Positions 55,011 to 64,000 of a stretch of 64,000 nucleotides of DNA are shown here, one piece after another. The position numbers and the translations under genes were made by a program. A model generated the notes under the pieces. That model saw only the letters and a program-made list of their open reading frames with translations, was not told the DNA's origin and made no database searches. Every line of letters starts with the position of its first letter. Positions within the stretch are counted from its first letter, which is position 1. This DNA comes from the human T2T-CHM13v2.0 reference genome, Homo sapiens, in assembly GCF_009914755.1 (NCBI RefSeq), contig NC_060925.1, one strand, 5' to 3'.

Positions 55011-55108
55011 CCATGTCACCATTTTTCTGGGCCTGTGGGCAATGCAGACGTGAGGGAGACCTGGTCTTTGCTGTTAAAGCTTCTAATCTGGGATGGAGAT
55101 AAGGCAGT

Positions 55109-55127
55109 CACTGCCCCCTGGTGTATA
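55109..55127 (-). promoter_or_regulatory. CTCF-like motif TATACACCAGGGGGCAGTG
   Basis: 13/14 match to core CCACCAGGGGGCAG; motif only. Confidence 0.55.
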
Positions 55128-56559
55128 GTCTAAGGTGGGATACAGGCTCTAAGAAGGGTGCACATAAAAAGTGTTTGGAGAGCAATAAAGAGGCTTTGTG
55201 GAGAGAGCTTTCCTTCCCTGCACCTTGAGGAGTGGGCAGGGTTTTTATAGCAGACTTAGAGAATAGGGAATGGCAGAAACTACATGAATAAATGCTTAGT
55301 GGAGTATAAGAAGAGTGCAATGGAGAGAAGGGTATGAGACTAAGGCTATCTTAATCATATGACTATTACCAAGGACTTAGAGCCCACAACATCTCCCACC
55401 CTCTGCCCCCTATCCTTGGTCTTTTATGATGGGAGATGGTTGCTAGCCTGCATTTAGGGATAGCTATGCTTATACAGAACTTCTCACACAGAGTAGTGCT
55501 GCTTCCCTGGGTTTGGAAGCATTTTTGATTTTGCCAGAAAGATTGGCAGGGGGTGGGGTGGGGTGGATGCATGTGAAGCCGGGGTGGTGTGCTACAATTG
55601 GCACTTGGTGCTCCCTGAACCAAATATACTAAATATCTTGTAATGGATGCATCAGTCCTACCCAGGGAATAATTCTCCCACTCCGGAGACCCAGTATCTC
55701 CTGTGTGGGATCCCCCATCTACAAGTATACATGTAAACTTTCCCCTGGGCCACTGCAGTGTCCCTCTGGGAAACATGAATCTGTTCCTGGCACCTCTCTA
55801 GATACTCTAGAATGGTTCAGTTGTTTTATCCCTATACATACTTGACCTCCAGAACATGCTATTTATGCTACTCCCAAAGCTTATAGCTGAAAACAAACAT
55901 TTCTACCCTATTTTTCTTCCCTTGAAATATCCTCTGGCTCTGAGGTCATTTAAGGAATAGGCAGCCCTTGCAGATTTTTGTAAGTTTCCTCTTCGCATGA
56001 ACAATAACTGCAAAATGATCCATCTGATCTGGCTACCGTTGTTGAAGGCAAGAGGATACAAAGAGCATTCATCGGGCCAGGCGCCTTCTCAAGAAGGGCT
56101 CATCAAGGTGGAAAACCAAGTGGCACATACTTGTGGAGAAAGTTTGAAAGGAGTAGGGGTTAAGGGAGTGGTAGGGATTGAGGAAAAGCCTAATAACGTG
56201 GTAATAGGAGATAACAGACTACAAAACCCCTGTGAAACCAGGAATAAAAGAGCCCCATGCTTCACAAATACAAGATTGAATGAGTTTCATGTTTAATGTA
56301 AATACACCTGCCATTTGTTCTCTGAAGCACTGGTTACAGGTTTTGAGATAAAATAGAGTTTTGAACATTGTGCCAGTGTAATTTGCCTTTGCCCAGGCAT
56401 AGACTGTACACTTTGTTCCTGAACAGTCCTTAGAGACAACATAGTGCTCTGATCAGCTCAAAGGTCCCACCTCCTGATGTGAGACCTCTGCTTCCACCTG
56501 GCCTGCATCTGAGACTCCTTGGCTATTGACAGAGTAGGGGGAAGTGAGACAGTGGCCCA

Positions 56560-57110
56560 GGGTGCCAGTGATCTCATGGCTAAAGTGGATCATTTTACTC
56601 TCCTGCATTGAAGTTACTCACTGCATTAAGGGTAAAGAGCAAAACCCTCAATTTCTCCTATAAAGCCCTGGCCTACCTTTTGCTCAAGTCTCACCATTCT
56701 CTCTGCAGTTGCTCAGGCCTACTTTCAGTTCCTAGACTGTTACTGTGCAGGGTCCAGCCTCAGGGCCTTTGCTGTCCTCTGCGTGTGAGCCCTTCTGCTC
56801 CCTTCCCCTTCAGCTTTCAATTCTTCTTTCCTTAAGTCAACATTACATATTATTTCTTTACGGACACTTTCCCTGAACCCAACCTCACAGCAGAAGACAT
56901 CAGGTGACCTCTTACATTGGTCACTGGGCACCATACTTTCCCTGTGGCTCCTGTCCCAGTTTATAATTATACATTTGTGTGATTACCTGATGAATGTCTC
57001 CTCTTCCACTGGACTGTGAATTCCATGAGGGTAATTCTGGCACTCAGTCTAAGCCTGACACCTGGCAGGTACTCAAAGGGTATTTGTTTAAGAAATTAAT
57101 TATTAAATGT
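56560..57110 (+). mobile_element. L2 3' region
   Basis: CCTCAGGGCCTTTGC...CACTGGACTGTGAATTCCATGAGGG...CCTGACACCTGGCAGGTACTCAA. Confidence 0.85.
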
Positions 57111-59369
57111 ATCACAGATACATCAGAAGATGCAAATAAGCAAACAGGAAGAAAAAAAGCAATCACAGTTCTACAACCAAAGAAAAGCCACTTTCCATTT
57201 TTTGGCATATACTTTAAAATTTTTTTTCTATTCTATAAAATAATATGATTTTCCCTTAATAGTATGGTAAACAGGATTAAGCATCCACTAAATTTAATTT
57301 GCCATCATTTTATTCAACCAATCCCCTATTGCTAGACTCAAATCAGATTTGTATGATCTATTGTTTCATGGAAACCGATGCAAAATTATAAAAAATTAAA
57401 TCATTTTTGCTTCTCAATCAGCATTTTACTTTATCCAAAAGGAGTATATGATGAGAAATCAAGAGTGACTGTCCAGGAAAATGGAGATGTGGCAGATGGA
57501 GCTGCAGACAACGTGGGGAGAGCCCTGGCCACAGGAAATGACTGTGGTTGGTAGAGGGGAAAGTATGGGACAGTTAAGGAGTTGCCACCTGCCCCTGGTG
57601 GAGGCAAATGTTGTTTTGTGGAAAGCACGTGGCATAATGACAGGGCCTCTGCAGGCTCAGTGATGTGGGTGAGCAAAATGGCTGTCTTGGGATTATCTAG
57701 GAGCTTCTGAAGGCAGTAGGGTGGTGGCTAATTTCTTAATGCTGCTCTCCCATCCTAGTGATGGGCAGAGAGGATGAGAAAGCCAGCTCTGGGGAGACAA
57801 CTGTTGTTCCAAAGTGAGGACTCACCACTACCTGCCATCTCGCAGACTCTTGTCTAGTGCCCCCTTGAGGCCATGCTTGTTGTTAGCCCTGACTCGGGTG
57901 CCCCGGCACCTGCCGTAAACCAAGCTAGACCCAGATTGCGTTTGGGTGCCTGGAACAGGAGAAGTTTTAGGAATTTATGTTAGAGATTCACCATGTTGTA
58001 CTTTCTGCCAAAGCGTCCTTCCCTGAGTCAGAATAGTGGAAGGCTGACTATATTCCACCCAGCACGACGCACTGAATGCTTGGTATGAGCAGCACATCAT
58101 ACGACAGGAATCTCACAACAAAGCAATGAAGTAGTTACCACTATGATCTCCACCTTATAGATGAAGTACCTGAGACTTGGAAAGTGTCAAAACCAGAATT
58201 TGAACGCAGGTCTGTCTGAGCCCAGACCCTTTGCTTTTTAAACCACTCTTTATGAAGAATCTCAGTAGGTTCTTAAGAACGGGGCGTGGTACTCTCTAGA
58301 GCGTTTGTGACCCAACACTATGAATTGAAACAAGGCAAGCTCTGTGCTCCCATTTGGGGAAAGTTAATATTTCACATGCTCTCGAGAATTTAGGAGCTTG
58401 GTAAAAACTTACTATTAAACAGGGCTTTTCTTTAATTCCTTTTGTTTAAAAATTTTCTTGTGAAACACTCTATATACTGTGCCTCCCTCTGAGACGTCAG
58501 TGGTGCCAGAGACCGTTAGGGAGTTTGTGTAAATAGAGAGAGGGCCAAATGCTGCCCACACAAGTAGTGAGGCATGAGGCTGAGTGCGTGGAACAGTTCC
58601 ATAGCTAGCCCTAGGCTCTGAAGAGTGTCCTGAGACCTCATCTGGGTCCCAAAATCGGTGGGCAGTGCTGTCTCCGCGAGACAATGACCAGCATGAGGAA
58701 ATACCTTTAACCATTCATCTTTTTAAAAAGATAAGTTTGCTAAGCAAATAAAACCAGTTAGCCTTGAAAGTTCAGTATTAATGAATGTTAATGCATATCT
58801 TGATGATTTTCTAAAAAACTGACAAATCTTCCAAAAGACAGGAATATCTAGAGGGTAAATAACAGGACTAAAATGCTTTGAAACATCTTTGAAATGATGG
58901 TTCAATGCACAGGGTCAAAGGGTAGGACTGGTTCTCTTCAAGCATTTTAAAAAAATGCCTCATTTTTATTTAACATTGTTTTGGGAAGGAGTGCATTATA
59001 TTGACACATTGAGAAAAAAATTCCTTTTTGTTTTTCTAAAACTAATAGGAGCTTAGGCATTATGATTAAGGACCAAAAAGAGCCAATGCCGATGAATGCC
59101 CTCTTTCTTCAGCTGTAAAATTTAATGGCCGCTACCGAGAGGTTTTTCTTTTAATCAGCAAAAAATTTATTTTGTCCTTGACATTTTATGCCAAAAATCA
59201 GCCCAGAGAATGTGTTTTATAGCCTGGGCTGAATTCCCCTAAAGGTAGAGTTTTCCTATGAGCAGTGTTCATTGAATTGGCTTTTTTTTTTTTTTTTGCA
59301 CTAGATAACTATATTAATTTATTAGATAATCTTTTTATTGTTTCAGCAAGATAGAGGAAACTTACACAG

Positions 59370-59610
59370 AGACAGCAGAGCATAATGGGTAAGCATCTGG
59401 GTTCTTTTGGAAGACGAGATATTGGTTTCCATTGGCCTTGCTACTTCCTGTCTTTCTGACCTTGAGTAAATTACTCTTCCAGAGCCTGTTTCTTTGTTCA
59501 ATTGGGGATCATAATAGTGCCGCCGTCATCATGCTGTCATGATTAATGCACCTAAAGCATTTAGCACAGCTGTCAGCACTTATTGAGTATTGACTAATTA
59601 TTAGCGATGC
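59370..59610 (+). mobile_element. MIR SINE
   Basis: GCATAATGGGTAAGCATCTGG...TGACCTTGAGTAAATTAC...AAAGCATTTAGCACAG. Confidence 0.75.
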
Positions 59611-61020
59611 ACAGTGATCTATAACTTAAAGCTTCGTCTCAGAATATGCCTTCTTATGATCTGATAGTAATAGGAATCAGCAGAAAATAAGGTGGTTCAA
59701 CTATCCGGGAAAACTACCAAATATCCGCTTAGCAGAGGCAAAATAAATGTAGCTTAAATGCAGCTGAAAATGCTGAAAACTGCTTTTGTTTCTCATGTTA
59801 TAGAAATGCAGTTATTTTTATTAAAAGTGATGGGAAATCCATCTGTAATCTCCTGTCTTTCTTTTATCTGTTTGTAAAAATAGCTCAGTAAACCCATAAA
59901 TGCCAAGACCCTGTTCAGTGTGAGAAACATTGTTGGGCAGGATGGGAAAGTTCAAAGAAATATCAGATGCAATCCCTGCTTTGGTGCAATATTTGGTGTA
60001 ACTTGGAAAATTAAATGGAAAAAAAATTAAACAACAAAACAGCACCCAGCTGCCAAATAAGTGAGGAAGGAAAGACCTCAGGCTGAAGCACTGGTGATGG
60101 GAGGAGGGATTTATTTGAGCTGGTTTTTCAAAGGATGGGTAAGGAAAGAATAGCAGGAAGGCGTCTCATAGGTATGGTTTAATGGTAAGAGCAAAGTCAG
60201 TGTAGTGGCAAAGAACAAGGCAAGAGGGTGGAGTGGTTAGCAAGTGAAGGCTCATTAATGCTTAAGGCTACCTTTGAAACAGAAGTGTCTGTCTGACCGG
60301 ATTCAGGAGGCCTGTCCATCACGCCATTCTCCACCACCATGATTCATTACTCCAGAGTCTCTTATCTTCAAATCAAAAGCAAGACGAGAGGCAGATACAG
60401 ATATGAGGAAGTGCTTTGCTTTTCGCTACTCTGCCAAACATAGTTTACATACCAACACTGATAATCTGTCAGCCCACCTCTCCTGGACACTTAATCATTT
60501 CCCTGGAATCCACTGGAATAATTTTTTTATGCATTACAAAGTATGCTTCAGAGTGTCTATTTCTTAAGATAAGTTTGCATTCCTTTAACCAAGTGGCATT
60601 CCCACAAAGCCCCAAGGTGGCCCGTGTTACACATTCCTTCTTACAGCCAAAGTGGTCAGTTAGGAAGGCAGCTACCTTCATGGCCTGTTAGTAAGAATGT
60701 TGGACACTTGTTGGGCATTTACTCTGTGGGAGACACTGTTCTCAGTGCTTTACATGTCCAAATTCATTTAACTCTCCAGAAGAGGGAGCAGTAGGAGAGA
60801 AGGGTGATGAACAGACCCTACAAACGGACTAAATTATTAAATAATGAATCAGCAATTAGTTCTAAAAATGTTTATGTAGTGCTTACTGTGTGCCAGACAC
60901 CATGATTAAAGGACAATCGAAGTAACTCGGTAATCACCTCTGAACTGCCAGTATGGGTGTTTTATCACCTTCCATGTTCTGTGTTGACGGTTTATTGAAC
61001 ACATTTTGAGTTCTTCAGGG

Positions 61021-61183
61021 CAGTGCTTATTAAATTCAGTGTGCGTTTGGATCGCCTGGGAATCATGGTAAAATGCAGATTCCGATTTGAAAGTGCTGTG
61101 GTGGAGCCTGCGAGTTTGCATTTCTAACAAGCTCATGGGGGTGGCGACGCTGCACATCCAGGTGACCTCTTGAAGTAGCAAGA
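61021..61183. mobile_element. MER5A-type hAT MITE
   Basis: CAGTGCTTATTAAA...AAAATGCAGATTCC...TGCATTTCTAACAAGCTC. Confidence 0.85.
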
Positions 61184-61464
61184 TCTTAGAGAACCAAGTA
61201 AATGGCAGAGGAAATACAAGCAGGATAAGACAGGAACATATTGTCACTTTCACACCAGAAGAGGCAGTAGGCCTGGATTTGGCCCCAGGCCCCAGTTTAA
61301 CATGATCATTATGGTTGTTGTCGCTACCATGTGCACCAAAGGAATCTAAGAGCTTGGAACCTTAAGGCCCAATGGCACGGTTTACAATGCTAACACACCT
61401 TAAAGTTAAAGGAAGAATGTACGCTATCCTAGGAACATGACTGATAAGGTGCGGCAGAGAGAGT

Positions 61465-61486
61465 GGGGTGGGGCGGGTGGGGTGGG
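61465..61486 (+). other. Strong G-quadruplex-forming sequence / GC-GT box
   Basis: GGGGTGGGGCGGGTGGGGTGGG: five G-tracts with 1-nt loops. Confidence 0.7.
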
Positions 61487-62164
61487 AGGCTAGAAGTCAG
61501 GAAACCTGTGTTCTCATCAGGGCTCATTTACAGACTTGCTATGTGACCTAGTTTAATCACTGAGCCTTTCAGTGTCCCGATATCCTCATCTACAAAGCAG
61601 ACTGGTAAACATCTGCTCTGCCCACCCAGGACTGCAGAAGTGAGACAGGATGCACAAAAGCTCTTGGGAAAACCAAAGAAACACTGCAAATGTGCATTTT
61701 TATAATTAAAAAATATAGAGTCTGTCTTCAGCAGTAGGCAGGAAAGAGGGGGTATCTCAGGAGCTCCCACTTTGGTTTATGTCTCTCTGAGGGCTTGTTA
61801 TGCTTCTCAGCCTATTCTGTATTCAGGAGATGCATAGAGCTTCTGGCTTCATGCTGTTTCAGAGCAGCCCACTTCAGCCTTTTCTTTACCAATAGAAACC
61901 CCTAGACTATCACAGCTTGTCCTTCTTGCACTGAACCCATTAAGAATAAAGAAAGTCTCTGGGCTGGGGAGTGGAAGTGAGGGACATAACATTTACTGAG
62001 TATTTTATGTGAGTTATTTTACTTAATCTTCACAACACTCCTAGGAGGAAGGTAGTTTGAATTATGAAATTGTTCCAATTTCATAGATGAGGCACCTAAA
62101 GCTCAGACAGGCTCACTTGCCTGGGGTTTGGTTTTGTTTCTCTTTGTAAAAGGTAAGACTTTTC

Positions 62165-62290
62165 AATTTAGTAGGTCAAAACACGTGATTCTCTCCTTTT
62201 CATAAGACTATAAAGTTAGCAACCTCTGGTATCTGGTTAACAGTTCACTTTGTGCAGGTTATTCCAGAGGTAGATAGCATGAGTTTATGT
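62165..62290 (+). repeat. Copy 1 of a ~126-bp local direct duplication
   Basis: Aligns to 63783-63907; core 62198-62268 is 70/71 identical. Confidence 0.97.
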
Positions 62291-62469
62291 CGAAGCCCAG
62301 GATTTTGTGCCAAACATCCGTCTCTTTGCAACAGAATTGGAGAATTGTTCCAGAATTCTTTGAATTCTTAATTTGCAGAATTTCATAAAGAGTTCTACAG
62401 CTCACTTTTCCTAGGAATAGAGGAGAGCGGCAACTGAAGACAGCAGGCTTTTTCTTTTTAGTATTGATG

Positions 62470-62670
62470 ATGATGATGATGAGCTTTAACACAGCTTATC
62501 CAGGTAATCCTCATGTAGTGCTGTGATGTTGATGGTTTTGTTACCCATATTTTAGAGAAGAGGAAACTAGAGACTTAGAGGGTTAAGAGACTTATACACA
62601 GCCTAACTATTCCAAGTGTTTAGGACTAAGTGGACTTTAGTCTTGGTTTTTCCAGCTCCAACTCTGAGGG
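62470..62670 (-). mobile_element. MIR SINE
   Basis: CCCATATTTTAGAGAAGAGGAAACTAGAGACTTAGAGGGTTAAG. Confidence 0.75.
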
Positions 62671-63582
62671 TTGTTTCCATATTCCCCTGTATTACATGGA
62701 TTAACCAGTGTTAGTGACCATCCGGCTAAGAAATTAGCAGTGGCTCTCAGTGGAAAAGAGCTACTTGATTCTAATGATAGTAATAATGAAAACAACTGCC
62801 AGCTTCCTGTGCTGTTGGTAGGGCCTCCTGGGTTGGCCCTGTCACATCCCATCATGTCACGGGGCATGTGAGATCACGGGGCTGAAATAACCCTGGGCGA
62901 CTGATGTAAAACAGATTGCGTGTGACACCTGCCCTTGGGCTTCCCAGCGTGGCACTTCAGCCCCTCTTGGCTCAGAAAGCATTTAATATACCCACAGAGT
63001 GCTGGGTTCCCCCCCAAAACTTTCTGCAAACTTCCTTGTAACTCTGGAACAGGATCCCAGGCCATGTGGAATCTTGAAAAGGTGATTGACACTGGAGACG
63101 CAAGGTCCTGTTGGTTTGGGCTGGTTACTCAATGTCTTTGAGTCTCAGTTTTTCACCTGCAAGTGGGAATAAGGATAGTACTCCGTTCTCTGAGTTGTGA
63201 GGGTTAATTGAGCCAGTGGTGCCAGATCACAGTAGGTACCCAGGCAAAGAGGATTGTTGTAGCTTACTTTCTTCTGGATTACATCATCCTTAATTTTTCT
63301 CTTTCCCTCTCCTCTCAGAAGTCATCACAAATTCTGACACTTCTAAATTATGCCTTAAGCCTATCTATATTGTGTCTAGCTACCACCTTAGTCTAAATCA
63401 GCTTCACCTCTAGCCTAGATTACTATACTAGCTTCTTACCTGGTCTTCTGCTTGTACTCCCACTTGACAGAGCATCTAGAGTGATTTTATTAAAATATAA
63501 ACCAGATCATTCATTCGCTTTTGTAAAACTCTTCAGCGGTTTCCAATTGCACTTTGAATCAATCTGTACCCCTTACCCTGCA

Positions 63583-63601
63583 AACTGCCACCTGCTGTGG
63601 T
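63583..63601 (-). promoter_or_regulatory. CTCF-like motif ACCACAGCAGGTGGCAGTT
   Basis: 13/14 match to core CCAGCAGGTGGCAG; motif only. Confidence 0.45.
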
Positions 63602-63782
63602 CCCTGCCCACTTACCCACCTCCACTGGATGCCCCTCGATACCCAGCTCACTGTGCCTCGGTCATGACGACCTTCTTTTTCTTCCTTGGATGCACCAAAA
63701 CCAGGGGGCCTGAGGACCTTTGCATGTGCTGTTTGTCCCCTTTGCCTGGAATGCTATTCTCCAAGATCTTTGCATAGCTGGA

Positions 63783-63907
63783 AATTTTGTAGCTCTAAAC
63801 ACGGGGTTCTTCCATTTCATAAGACTATAAAGCTAGCAACCTCTGGTATCTGGTTAACAGTTCACTTTGTGCAGGTTATTCCAGATGCAGATAGCATGGG
63901 TTTAGGT
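63783..63907 (+). repeat. Copy 2 of the ~126-bp local direct duplication
   Basis: Aligns to 62165-62290 at an offset of ~1617 bp. Confidence 0.97.
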
Positions 63908-64000
63908 TTTCATTTAGAGAACCACCTGACCTCTCCGTAGAAACTCACCACATTCTCTCCCCCAGTGACTTTCTAACACATTACAGTGTTTTAATTTTCT

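Larger units (their letters stand above)
63320..64000 (+). mobile_element. L2 fragment interrupted by duplicate copy 2
   Basis: CCTAGATTACT...AAAACTCTTCAGCGGTTTCC...GACCTTTGCATGTGCTG...TGCCTGGAATGCT. Confidence 0.75.

Noticed and set aside
62204-62212. AAGACTATA matches the U3 snoRNA 5' end
   Set aside because: Similarity stops after 9 nt

Overview
Primate (very probably human) non-coding genomic DNA. I found no credible protein-coding exon: the six-frame ORFs are short and arise from repeats or chance. The window reads as part of one very large intron, probably of a gene transcribed on the + strand. That inference rests on frequent T-runs on +, antisense L1 fragments and mostly antisense MaLR LTRs. 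I could not identify the host gene. The window is rich in ancient repeats (many MIR and L2 copies, a CR1/L3). It also carries six Alus, MLT1/MLT2 solo LTRs, hAT and Tigger MITEs (MER1A, MER1B, MER5A, MER44) and several microsatellites. The most notable items are: (1) a ~126-bp local duplication at 62165-62290 / 63783-63907 with diverged flanks but a 70/71-identical core that resembles a splice-acceptor and hairpin module; (2) a tailless 5S rRNA retropseudogene with an 11-bp TSD; (3) a candidate + strand stop-containing exon plus terminal exon (1240-1443, 1872-~1920); (4) a candidate spliced antisense transcript beside an AP-1/TEAD element (7642-8145); (5) an inverted Alu pair. Repeat family names come from recalled consensus sequences, and ancient-repeat boundaries are approximate. 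Nothing here can be shown from sequence alone to be a new biological system.
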